DNA of 64,000 nt from Eledone cirrhosa (Eukaryota): NCBI GenBank assembly GCA_964016885.1, contig OZ024741.1, forward strand, positions 253,270,001 to 253,334,000, read 5' to 3'. Positions within the stretch are counted from its first letter, which is position 1. Every line of letters begins with the position of its first letter. Position numbers and translations under genes: made by a program. Under the pieces are notes generated by a model. It did no database searches and was not told the origin of the DNA. It saw nothing but the letters and a program-made list of their open reading frames with translations. Below are positions 27,864 to 44,204 of the stretch, in pieces.

Positions 27864-29880
27864 GTATATATATATATATTGTAAGGTTGTCCACACTTTA
27901 AAGTGGTCATGTTGGTGTCTCATCAAAAAGCCCCCAGTACACACTGTAAATATGGTTGGTGTTAGGAAGGGCATCCAACCGTAGAAACCATGCAAGAACG
28001 AGTTCTGTATGAACAAGACATAATCACCTGATGTGATTTGTTTCAGAATGGGATAACTCATCTAACCCATGTTAGCATAGAAAAATGGATGTTAAACAGT
28101 AATGATGATATATATATATATATATATATACATACACATGCATACACGAAAACATATACTCACACCATATATATATATGTTCTGCTATCTATAGTGTCTA
28201 CATTTATATTGTCAATGTAGAAGGAGTTGTGGAAAATACCTAGAGATGCTGGCTGCATGCAAACCCAATAGACACTAATACAGAGTAATGAGTCAAGATA
28301 TTACAATTTCTTAAAACTACATACAGAATGGAAATAGAACCAATTATTATCTTAATGATTCATTGTGGTCAAAAAAGGCTCAGAATTTAGATTAATTAAA
28401 AATTAATAAAAATAAAATGCAATGTGAATGAGTCAATAGCAGTATGATGACAATTTAGGATATGTTTCAGTCTTATTAGATCTCTTCAGTGAAACACAAT
28501 TTAATGATTACTGTCAGATCATAGAATAATTTGAGAGAGAGATTTTAGGATTTAATGAATAAACATTAGTGAGGAGTAGATACATAGGGACACTTACTGC
28601 ATGAAACTTAATAGTAAAGTGGATAAATATATACTTGACTCTTAATATTCTGTACATCATGAAACAGGATTAGTAAGACATTCTTGTAAAGTAAAAAACA
28701 GCATTATGCTTATATGCCTTTAAAATTAAAGACTTTTCTTTAATGCTGTAAATGTTCACAATGATCTGTCCACCAATACTGACACTGTAAACATTTTGAT
28801 GGATTAACAAATCTGTTTTTAGATATTTTCTGCTAAATCATTACAAGGGGTGAAGAGTCAATTAACAAAAATGGATACAGATTATTTTTGGTATAATTGA
28901 CTACATCACATTAAAAATTAAAGTCTTTGCTTTAGTACAACACATTTTCCCACAATCTATCCACCATTGTAGATACTATAAACATTTGCATTAACAAACC
29001 TGTTTTTTTATATATTTTCTACAAAATCATTACAGGATGTTAAGAACTAATGTATATATATATTGTCTACTTATATTATTTAGATAATAAGGAGTTTCTA
29101 AATATGTCTTGACTCCAGCTACAAGATAATGTATAAGTTATGTTAATGACAGCATTCATATGTAAAAAACATTATTGCATCTAATGTCAACTGTATCAAC
29201 AAAATAACTTTTAGTTGTTGTTTAACTGAACAATTTTAAATTATTAAAGTATTTTTCTTGACAATTCAAATCATAATAGACAAATGAGATTTTGTATGAT
29301 GATCATTGAATGAAGAATGGTTAGCTCTTAATAGACAAATAAATTGGATGAAGACCACTGACTCAGAGATGGTGAGATCTTATAGACAAATGAATTGCTG
29401 CTTGAAGGTCACTGAGTCTAGAATGTATGTATGGATCTATAACTATATGCAGTGTCATTGAGTATTTTAAACTGAGTAGAGCCTTTCTCCTCTTCATGTT
29501 TATTTAGGAGAGAGATAGAGAATAAGAAAGAGATGATATAGAGGAAGAATTGATTCCAGTACTTGACTGTTACATTTTTTTATCAACCTCAAAAGGATCA
29601 AAGGAACAGTTGACCTCAGCATGTTTTGAACATGGAGTCCAGAGAGGTAGGATGAGTACCACAAAGCATTCAAATCGACATTCTAACATCTCTGGCAATT
29701 CACTGCCCATGAGGTATGAATGGTTAAATTTTAATTGTGAAATAAACTCTTTTATTAAGGCCTGAGGATCTGGGATGGTTAAATTTTATTAATAAAATTA
29801 ATTGTTATTTTAAGATTATTGAATTTGGGATGGTTAAACTTGAATGACCAAACTAACTGTTGTAATAAGACCATTATTAA

Positions 29881-30098
29881 CCCTTTAGCATTTAAGCCGG
29901 CCATACCCGGCCAGAATTCTCTCACCTCTTTCTGTTCAAACTGGCTGTAACCAACCACTCATACTTATGTTAAGGTATTGTTCTCAAAATAAATATCAAA
30001 ATCTCATAGATTCGATATTATGTAAGATAATTATGTGAAATAAAGTGTTAACTGTGAAAATACAATAGTAAATATAGAGTAATATAAATGCTAAAGGG
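29881..30098. mobile_element. piggyBac-type MITE, best-preserved copy
   Basis: TTAA|CCCTTTAGCATTTA...TAAATGCTAAAGGG|TTAA. Confidence 0.88.
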
Positions 30099-31478
30099 TT
30101 AAACTTGGGATGGTTAGATTTTAATAGAGAATTGGGCTGCTGTTTGGAGGTCACTGAGTCATGAATAATTACATTTGAATAACCAAACTAACTGTTGTAG
30201 GAAGTTAGGAATGGTTAGCTGCCATTACAAGTGTGAACCAACTTCTTCTGACTAAAGCTAAAGTTATATCCATTATAATCTATTTTATGAAGACCACTGG
30301 GCCTGGAATGTTTAAGTTTTAATGCATAGAAAAATGAACTGCTGTACAAAAACCATTAAATGGTTAACTGGAATATTTAGCTGGCATCACAGCTGTTAAC
30401 CAGCTTCTTATGGCTGAAGATACAATTGAATTGTTAATGTTGATTTATCTGGCTATTTGGAGTCACCATGTCTACAACCAGGAGCCATTACAGATATCGT
30501 AATTAAATAATTTTACTGTTTTATTCAGTTATTCTATTTCTGTTTTTTTTTTTCAATGACAATAAGAATATTTTGTTTAAAAACGAAATCAAATCATAAC
30601 AAAATGGATGAAATATGAGACAAATTTCTAAGATTCAGTCAGTTGACTATTGTAATATATGAAAGACAGTATTGTTCAGTGTATCCAGATATCTGACTCC
30701 AAAAATATATGGATTAATGGGTGGGAGCTGGTGTCTGAGAAAACCAGTGATGGTCTAAGTGATATTGATGATTTGTGTGATGGTGATGGTCTGTGTGGTG
30801 GTGATGATGTATGTGATGGTATACCTTCCAGTCACATCTTTTTGGCTCAAGTTTAAGTCACACCTGCCAGACAATTATATGTGACTCACGTCAGTGAAGC
30901 AATCTCTTCAGGCTCTCTTCACCTGCTAGAAATTGTATCCATTGTCTATTTGAAAGTAGAGTGAAATGATTTAAAGAAACGTTATTTCAATATTTGGCAT
31001 AAAGTTATCTAATGTAGCTATGAAAATTGGGTGAAAGGATTTGAGTTCCTGACTCAGCTGGAAGCTAGATGACATTAGCTGAAATGGTCCCTTATTCAGG
31101 GTTACAGAGCCTCACCCCACCCTGACTTCAAAATGGTAGGTTAGTTTTTGGCTTGTATTGAGAGAGGAAGAGGGATGGAACATGACCTCCATTTATCAAG
31201 ATTGCAACATCACCTCCATTTATCAAGATTGTAGGAGAAAAAGGAGAAGAGGAAAACAAAGAAAGAAAAGAAGAGGAAGGAGAAGAAGGAGGAGGTAGTC
31301 TTAGATACAATCCGTGAGAAGCAGATAGAATGGTCATTGCTAGAATGCCATTGATTGCTATTTCACTGGAGCAGGGCTGGTCTATAGCTAAACAGTAACA
31401 ATAACCACATACCTATCCCAACTACAAACATATGCCAGTATTTATGTAGACTTTCATTCTCCATCTTTACATTACTGA

Positions 31479-33899
31479 CTAAATACGTACCAGTAATACT
31501 GATGGCTGTCTTCTATCTGCAGTTGATGTTGTCCATTCACTTTGAGACTCATATTGTGGGTAGAACTCACTTTCTGGTTCCATTAACTGCGTGTTTCTGT
31601 CCCTCATTTCAGCAGAAAGTATGGTGGCAGGAACAGGTTTTTTAGGCTGAAAAAAGAAATGGCTTTTATCTCTGCCTGCAGGCAGAGCTGCATTCATGCC
31701 AGCCATGTGTGAGTTGTGTCTTTGATTGTTACACCTGACAATACATACAGTTAGAGTGATAACAACAGCTACTGATACTATCACTGCTGTTGTTACTATG
31801 ACAATAACCCATGTGATATTAATCATGTTTTCAGCTTCCATGTGAACTGGTGCCAACATTGGTGATGTCTTGTTACTAACAGTCAGTGTTAAAGAGATAC
31901 TAGTTGTTGCTGATAGAACTGGAGTACCACTGTCTTTCACAACAAACTCCAGTTGATATGATCCGGCATCATTTTGGTAAACTGGTCGTGCAAAGGACAA
32001 AACCCCTGTATAAGGGTTTATTTTAAATAATTGTTTTACATTATTTCCAATCATGTCATAGCTAAGGAATGAATTGACATGGCTGTCTCTGTCAGAAGCC
32101 CTCAGAACTGTGATGTCATTCTTACTCTGGGGATGGTAGTGAACATCAAGACTGAAGGGGCTTACTCCAGGAAAAGTAAAATAAGGTGCATTATCGTTTT
32201 GGTCCAAAATCTCCACTATAACATTGGCTGTGTTATTTAAAGGTGGCATTCCATTATCTTTGACAAATATCTTAAACTTGTAAGTTTCCTGTTTTTCTCG
32301 GTCCAAAGACTGTGTTGTTGAAATAAAGCCATAGTCAGTTATCTGGAATGGTAGGTTATTGTTGATACCACTTAATAGAATGAAGGTCAGCTGACCTCCA
32401 CTTCCTAAATCAAAGTCTGTGACATTGACGTACCCAATTGGGAAGTTGGGTCGCTCGTTTTCATAGGTCAAGAATTTAAATGTACCTTTTGTAAACTTAG
32501 GCTGGACATCATTAACGTCTGTAACTTGAATAGAGAATTTTCTATGGGTCACTAATGAGGGTGAGCCATTATCTTCACATGAAATGGTGATGCTATAATG
32601 GACTTTAATTTCTCTGTCAACAGGTTTCTTCAATGTTACTTTATATTCATTTGACCCTAAATTTAAAAGCAGAAAATTGTCCTGCTCGATGTTACACTCT
32701 ACCTGTCCATTGAGTCCTACATCATTGTCGATAACACTGACATAAGCAATAAAGCTCCCAACTTTGGTGTCTTCAGATATACTGGCTGTGTTTTTTTTCA
32801 GTTCAGACACAAAATTAACCTCAATTTCAGGTGCATTATTCTGTTGGTTGATGATATTTATATTAACTATGGCAGATGAAGTCAACTGTGGTATTCCATT
32901 ATCCATTGCTTCAACAAATAACTTGTGCATCTCTTTCTGTCCCGCGGAGATATTTTTTATCACAAATATTCCTCCGGTCAGTGAATTTAGTTTAAAACGT
33001 TTCCTAGCTACCTTTGATGTCTCAGAACTGTATTGAAATTTGATTCTAGCGTTCTCCCCTAAATCTGGATCTTTTGCTGAGAGAACAACAACAGGTTTAT
33101 CTTTGGGGTGTGTTGATTTGATCGAGATGTTATTGATATTTTGAGCAAACACTGGAGGATTGTCGTTAACATCTGTCACTGTAATTTGAACCCGTAAAGA
33201 ATTTCTGTTAATTGGCCGGCCATTGTCTGCAGCAATAATCTCTAAATTGTAGGTGTCTTTGATCTCTCGGTCAAGTTTCTTGGTCAGAACCATGGCCAGT
33301 TTATAACTACCTGTTATCCTCTTTGTCACCGACAGCGCAAATGGTTCATCTTGTGATTTTTGCAATTCATATTTAATTTGAGAATTTTGAAGTCCCACAT
33401 CTTTATCAATTGCGTTTGGAATTGGTTTGGCCATTTCCTTGGCATCACCTTCTGAAAACACAATATTTATTTGTTTCTTCAGAAACTCTGGCTGATTGTC
33501 ATTTATGTCATCAATAACAATTTTTACTTTGAGAATCTTCATAAATGTCTGGAATTTATGAACAGCAATCTTGATAATTCTGAAACACTCTGTGTTGTAA
33601 GAACAAAGGGATTCAGCATCAAGAGTTTGTGCAGTGTACAGTTTACCTGATGACGTGACATTAAAGAGCTGGACACTATCAGATCGTCTCACATGAAGTT
33701 GGTCAAATGTAATCTGGTTATGTTCCCCAAAGGGCACAGTATGTAGCAATTGTGAATCCACTGTAATGTCCCCTATATACGTTCCTGGGTTTTTCTCCTC
33801 TCTTACATGGTAAGTTAAGTCCACAGAAAAACTGCCTGGCAAAAGCATAAGCAGGAGTGTGAAAGAGAGGATGGTGAGTTCACATCGTGTTTTCTCCAT
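31479..33899 (-). CDS. Protocadherin (cephalopod-type), large first coding exon: signal peptide, 6 EC repeats, TM, start of cytoplasmic tail
   Basis: ATG at 33899 (MEKTRCELTILSFTLLLMLLPGSFS signal). Motifs include LDAE, DINDNQP, LDRE, DVNDNPP, VDRE, DVNDVQP, LDRE, DQNDNAP and AxDxD, with TM WVIVIVTTAVIVSVAVVITLTVCIV. A probable donor CTG|GTACGT at 31491/31490 suggests the stop at 31479 is intronic. Confidence 0.96.
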   Translation of the reverse strand: MEKTRCELTILSFTLLLMLLPGSFSVDLTYHVREEKNPGTYIGDITVDSQLLHTVPFGEHNQITFDQLHVRRSDSVQLFNVTSSGKLYTAQTLDAESLCSYNTECFRIIKIAVHKFQTFMKILKVKIVIDDINDNQPEFLKKQINIVFSEGDAKEMAKPIPNAIDKDVGLQNSQIKYELQKSQDEPFALSVTKRITGSYKLAMVLTKKLDREIKDTYNLEIIAADNGRPINRNSLRVQITVTDVNDNPPVFAQNINNISIKSTHPKDKPVVVLSAKDPDLGENARIKFQYSSETSKVARKRFKLNSLTGGIFVIKNISAGQKEMHKLFVEAMDNGIPQLTSSAIVNINIINQQNNAPEIEVNFVSELKKNTASISEDTKVGSFIAYVSVIDNDVGLNGQVECNIEQDNFLLLNLGSNEYKVTLKKPVDREIKVHYSITISCEDNGSPSLVTHRKFSIQVTDVNDVQPKFTKGTFKFLTYENERPNFPIGYVNVTDFDLGSGGQLTFILLSGINNNLPFQITDYGFISTTQSLDREKQETYKFKIFVKDNGMPPLNNTANVIVEILDQNDNAPYFTFPGVSPFSLDVHYHPQSKNDITVLRASDRDSHVNSFLSYDMIGNNVKQLFKINPYTGVLSFARPVYQNDAGSYQLEFVVKDSGTPVLSATTSISLTLTVSNKTSPMLAPVHMEAENMINITWVIVIVTTAVIVSVAVVITLTVCIVRCNNQRHNSHMAGMNAALPAGRDKSHFFFQPKKPVPATILSAEMRDRNTQLMEPESEFYPQYESQSEWTTSTADRRQPSVLLVRI

Positions 33900-33928
33900 G
33901 ACATTTGGCTGGTTCACAGGGAATAACA

Positions 33929-33960
33929 CTGAAACATAGAGACAGAAAAACACAAATTAG
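33929..33960 (-). promoter_or_regulatory. Splice acceptor upstream of the protocadherin ATG
   Basis: Reverse complement: branch-like CTAAT, pyrimidine tract TTTGTGTTTTTCTGTCTCTATGTTT, then CAG|TGTTATT, 29 nt before the ATG. Confidence 0.7.
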
Positions 33961-34083
33961 AGAAGAGTTTAAGCTTCAAGTAGGGAGAAGGAGCGGGAAG
34001 GCACAGGTGGAAAAAAGATATATGAAATAATAGAGCATTTTGAAACTGTAAACGGGTACATAGATGTGTGTGTATGTATATAT

Positions 34084-34171
<88 letters not shown>

Positions 34172-34176
34172 ATATA

Positions 34177-34222
<46 letters not shown>

Positions 34223-34356
34223 GATCAAATGTTAATAAGGTTCATTGATTACTCAATGAATATAGATTTAAAGCACTCAACAAGGAAGTTTTCTGGAGTT
34301 AATAATATTATTCAAAATATTAATAAATGAAGACGTTCACATAATCAAAATATATG

Positions 34357-34418
34357 TTTTATTATATATATTTCGGAGGTACTGTGCTGTTTTTTCAGTA
34401 CGTCCTCATCAGATAAAA
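34357..34418 (-). ncRNA. Minimal type I hammerhead motif
   Basis: Reverse complement: UUUUAU-CUGAUGA-GGACGUACUG..CAGUACCUCC-GAAA-UAUAUA-UA/AUAAAA. Confidence 0.85.
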
Positions 34419-35787
34419 TACATAAATTGATGTAGACATACCTCAACTGTCTTGATGGTTTAATTTCAGTCTAGGCAATGATTTATTGCAACAAAACTCT
34501 ATGTTTATATATCACAAGAAGGAATAACATGACAAACTAAATATAATGAAGAGAGTGGTGTGGAGCGAAATATAAGTATCAAGAGGGGGTGGCTATGAGA
34601 AAATATAGAAGAAATAAATAAACACATAAGTACATAAATGTTAAAATAAAGATATATATATATATTAAAATAAAATATATATATATATATAAATAGATAT
34701 ATCATCATCACCATTATCATCATCATCAGTTAACATCAACTTTCACTGCTAACAAGGGTTGGATAGATTCTCACAGAATGAGTCTGTACTGAAGTGAGCC
34801 ACTGACCTCCCAGACAGGCTGGGCATTTGCATCTTGCTTACATATGGTTCCATGTTCTACCAAGTGCATTTTATCATGGCACCAGCACTAGAGAGGTTGT
34901 TGTCATGTCCTTGACACAAATGGAGGGTCTTCCTAACCTTTTATTCCTAACCTCTTATTTCTATGGCTGGATGTCTTTCTTATCACCAACCACTTTAAGA
35001 TGTGTATGGGTGTTTTATCATGTCAATCACCAACACAAGAGAGGTTGTCATATCCTTGACACAACTGAAGAGTCATCATAACTCTTTGTTCAGCAAGCTT
35101 TCTATAGCAGGATGCCCGTACTATCACCAACCACTTTACAATGTGTACTAGAGGCATTTATCATGTAAATCACCAACTCTAGAGAGGTTATTGTGTCTTT
35201 GACATAACTAAAGAGTCTTCTCAGCCCTTTTTAGCATGGTTTCTACAGCGGAGTGCCCTTCCTGTTGCCAACCAACCTTACGGAGTGTACCGAGTGCATT
35301 TTCGAGGCATTATCACTACAGTGCTTATTGGTCAAACTCCCAACTGAAGAGCTCTCTCTACTCAGGGGGAGGGGGCAATAGGAGTGGGAGATAGGTATGA
35401 AGTTATAGATGCATGTAGGGATTTAGCAGAACAATGAGTAAGAAGAAGATGTAGCAGATAGTGTATGGGAGAGGTTATGTAGTGGTACTTGAGGGGGCAT
35501 GGATGAGAGGGGAAGTAGTGGTAAGGATAGCTGCTGGGGAGTGCTAGTTGAAAGGTGTGTGTATATATATATATATATATACACACACACTGCCAAAGTC
35601 CATCTCAATGGCCAATGACCCTGGAATTCTGTGTATTTCATTTGTATTTGTATTTTATTTCTAACATTTTTTTTTTATTTTGCCTTGTTTTCATACCTTG
35701 TCTTGTCCTCTCTTCGTTAATTTTCAAAAGGTTATCATTACTAATCTGTGATGAACGTGTTCTCTCTTCTCCCCACATTAATTTCAA

Positions 35788-35978
35788 GGGCGGTGGATTG
35801 GCAGTATCGGTAGAGGGTCGGACGCCATGCTTTGCAGCAAAGAGTTACGCCCCTTTATGGTCTAAGTTCAAATCCCGCCGAGGTTAACTTTGCCTTTCAT
35901 CCTTACGGGGTCGATAAATTAAAGTACCAGTAATGTACTGGGATAATTGCTGGCCTTGTGCCAAAAGTAGAAATAATT
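35788..35978 (+). mobile_element. Family-A tRNA-derived SINE, near full length (others at ~10900, 56822, 59641, 60232(-), 60472)
   Basis: A-box-like TGGCAGTATCGG and B-box-like GTTCAAATCC, followed by the conserved body. Confidence 0.85.
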
Positions 35979-36039
35979 AATTTCAATGGGTTATGTATAT
36001 ATACCAATATACTAATTTACAAAGTCACCAATATTCCAA

Positions 36040-36480
36040 TATACTTTTAATGAGAAGGAGGCTTGATGCAGCTGGCTTCCAATCACACCTGAAGCTAATA
36101 GGCCTTGACTGTGGTGATGGCAAGCCTTCCAACGGAATTAACCTCTTACCTTTCAAAGGAGGTAAATCCCTCATCTGGGACACAACATGCTGTGACATAT
36201 TCTCCACCTCCAGCTTAGTTGACTCAGCCACAAATGCTGGTACTGCAGCTCACAATGCAGAGGACATGAAGACAAGCAAATACCGGAGTTGTCTGGTTGC
36301 GCCTTCTTTGCACAGGTTGCCATTGAGATCACAGGTGTGATTAGATCCCGGATAGCTGAGCTCCTCCATAAAATTGGATCGATAGCAGCTTATCTAAGGA
36401 AGAAGCCCCACAAGGTGGGGTGGTTGTTGCAGTGGGTGTCACTGGCTATTGTATTGTCTGTGGAAATGCTTTTATGATCT
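36040..36480 (+). mobile_element. Degenerate C-terminal fragment of an RLE-encoding (CRE-like) non-LTR retrotransposon
   Basis: GLDCGDGKPSNGINLLPFKGGKSLIWDTTCCD..AAHNAEDMKTSKY resembles the RLE motif GL.R.DGKRPDG....PW..G..L.WD.TC..AE..K..KY. Confidence 0.7.
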
Positions 36481-36835
36481 TATATGCGAGGGGCAGCCGA
36501 AACACCACCACTCTGACCTAGGTGTAAAATCTTTCATCCTCTCTCTTTCACCCTTTTTTCTTCCTTTCTTTAGTAGTTCTTGCTCTTCCACTCCTTTTCC
36601 TCTCATTGCATTTATAGTCCTTTCCAATACAGCTTTCTTTTTCTCTATGTTTAACCATTTATATCAACCAGTTATATCAACCATGAATAAGCCTTTTTGA
36701 AATAAAACAAACAATATACTAATATACGAAGTCACCAAAATACTAATATATTAATGTACAAGTACACCACCAAGACAAGGAAGATCTAATGATAATCCCG
36801 GACTCTGTTTTATGTGTATATATATATATATATAC

Positions 36836-36869
<34 letters not shown>

Positions 36870-36932
36870 ACAAATTTAATATAGAAATGGCTTCTACAGG
36901 ACTAGAACTGTTTCATTCAAAGGAAATCATCA

Positions 36933-36985
36933 GGCTTTCCTGATGATTTTTCTTCGAATGAAACAGTTCTAGACCTGTAGAAGCC
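36933..36985 (+). ncRNA. Hammerhead motif in a ~135-bp fold-back (36868-37003); relative at 52492-52542
   Basis: GGCUUUC-CUGAUGA-UUUUUCUUCGAAU-GAAA-CAG UUCUAGAC CUG-UA/GAAGCC. Stem II is weak. Confidence 0.7.
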
Positions 36986-37064
36986 ATTCCTATATCAAAT
37001 TTATTGCATACTTTACTTACTGTGGTTATCCACCCTCCACCCGGACTCACACACATGCACACAC

Positions 37065-37187
<123 letters not shown>

Positions 37188-37391
37188 TATATGTATATAT
37201 ATATGTAAATATATATTTATATGTATATATATATATGTAAATATATATATATATATATGAATATATATATGTAAATATATATATATGTTGTAGCTCTGAT
37301 TCATATGATTCATCGAGCGCTTGCCACACATATCGGACGTTGATTTTCGTTAATTCCTGAGCTGAAAACGATTCTCGCTAATTTATATTTT

Positions 37392-37423
<32 letters not shown>

Positions 37424-37424
37424 A

Positions 37425-37458
<34 letters not shown>

Positions 37459-37485
37459 GTAAATATATATATATATATATATATG

Positions 37486-37536
<51 letters not shown>

Positions 37537-37537
37537 G

Positions 37538-37613
<76 letters not shown>

Positions 37614-37650
37614 ATATATAAGATCAAAAGATGGTTAAATGAGTTCCATG

Positions 37651-37721
37651 TATTTTATTATGCGCATTTCAAAAACAAATATCATCATGCAATAACATTT
37701 GTGTTTTCATCAGATAAAATA
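37651..37721 (-). ncRNA. Minimal type I hammerhead motif
   Basis: Reverse complement: UAUUUUAU-CUGAUGA-AAACACAAAUGUUAUU GCAU GAUGAUAUUUGUUUUU-GAAA-UGCGCA-UA/AUAAAAUA. Stem III is the palindrome AUGCGCAU. Confidence 0.85.
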
Positions 37722-38031
37722 GGAGGACATGATATGAAGGTTAAAAACACTTGTGGATAGTGCAGTTTTAAATCAACATATGAAAAGTAGTTTTAGATTG
37801 ATGTGTGATCTGCATTGCGTTATTGTACTACAATAAAACTCACCTCCTATATATATATATATGTATATATATATGTAAATATATATACATATATATATAT
37901 ATGTATATAAATATGTAAATATATATATATCTATATATATATTTATATATATATATATTTATATATATATTTATATATATATATATGTATATATTTATAT
38001 AGATATATATATATATATTTATATATATATT

Positions 38032-38062
<31 letters not shown>

Positions 38063-38082
38063 ATATGTATATATTTATATAG

Positions 38083-42836
<4,754 letters not shown>

Positions 42837-42852
42837 TAAAATAACAGATTAA

Positions 42853-42903
42853 AGTTTAAGCAAAGAATCGCTGCTTTCACCCTTAACGGGATCTTCTGAA
42901 ACT
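42853..42903 (-). ncRNA. Hammerhead motif with core variant (CAGAAGA), probably decayed, in element ~42830-43470
   Basis: Reverse complement: AGUUU-CAGAAGA-UCCCGUUAAGGGU-GAAA-GCA..UGC-UU/AAACU. Confidence 0.6.
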
Positions 42904-43476
42904 AACAAAGTCAATCTGTAAATGCAGAACTGCATATTTCAAAAAACGTTGCAACCGGAGGAAGACAGGAAGACGATACTTTGGTTCGTGGAAACATTCG
43001 CTGGCAAAGAACGGAAAAAACAAATAATACGTCATTAATAGGAGCGGTGAAAAACAATTACGCGCAAAGACAGAACCACGTTTATGGTATAAAAGAGGTC
43101 GTAGACTAATGTTCTCTTAGACGTTCTCTGGCAATGAACGAAAAAACGAAGATAATACATCATATGTGGAGCGTGGAGAACAATAGCACACAAAGACAAA
43201 ACCACGTAAATGGTATAGCAGAAGTCGTAGACTAAAATTCTAACTAGGAGACCAAATGAATCTCCGCTACAAAGTTAAGAACAAAGTAAATAAATACAAT
43301 ACAGAAGTAATAGAAATAAATAAATACATACACGCAAAGAAAGACGTACATACACAAGCATACGCAAAACCTTACCATAGGTATACAAAACCACGCACAT
43401 ACGGTTCTTATATATTTGATATATATTTATCCTTATCGAGCCCTCTTTGGATTTTAGTCTTCAAATTTATTATTAT

Positions 43477-43514
<38 letters not shown>

Positions 43515-43678
43515 ATAATAATTGTTTCTACGTTAGGCACAAGGCCAGCAATTACCCAGTGTATTACTGGTACTTTATTTTATCGACCCCGTAAGGATGA
43601 TAAAATAAAGTACCAGTAATACACTGGGTAATTGCTGGCCTTGTGCCTAACGTAGAAACAATTATTATTACTATATAT

Positions 43679-43709
<31 letters not shown>

Positions 43710-43985
43710 GTAATAATAATAAATTTGAAGACTAAAATCTAAAGCAGCGATTCTTTGCTTAAACTTTAATCTGTTATTTTAATAAATATATATATATATG
43801 TGTGTGTGTGTATATTTATATTACACGGCTCGGAAAAGGTTTTTTCTTAGAGCTATTTAATTGTAAGAGACTACTCTGAGTTTCTAACTCACTATATATT
43901 TGTCGGCTCCATCATGTAGAGCTAATTTTAATGTCCTGTTAACCAGGCTGCTATTTTTAGAAGTGGAAGGATCACTAATTTCTCG

Positions 43986-44065
43986 ACAACTACTGAGGAG
44001 CAGTGAAAAGAGTGGACTTCACTTAATACGATGTTGCGAAACAGTTTCCAAAACTGTTTAGTTGT
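43986..44065 (+). ncRNA. Type I hammerhead motif with stable stems I and III
   Basis: ACAACUA-CUGAGGA-GCA..UGC-GAAA-CAGUUU CCA AAACUG-UU/UAGUUGU. Confidence 0.88.
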
Positions 44066-44204
44066 TACCAGGCGATTGCCCAATATAGGTCTGTTATTTT
44101 TCTTAATTTAATACTTAAAATTATGTCTGACAAACCATATTGCTGTAGTTAGTATTTTTTCACCCTAGCAAAATTGGTCATTACGATTCGAACACATATA
44201 TGTT

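Noticed and set aside
28445-28497. Reverse-complement CUGAAGA..GAAAC hammerhead-like core
   Set aside because: No stem I pairing could be found; at most a decayed remnant.
33900-33953. ORF-track start of the protocadherin at 33953
   Set aside because: The start is non-ATG and runs through the polypyrimidine tract and acceptor. The signal peptide begins at ATG 33899.
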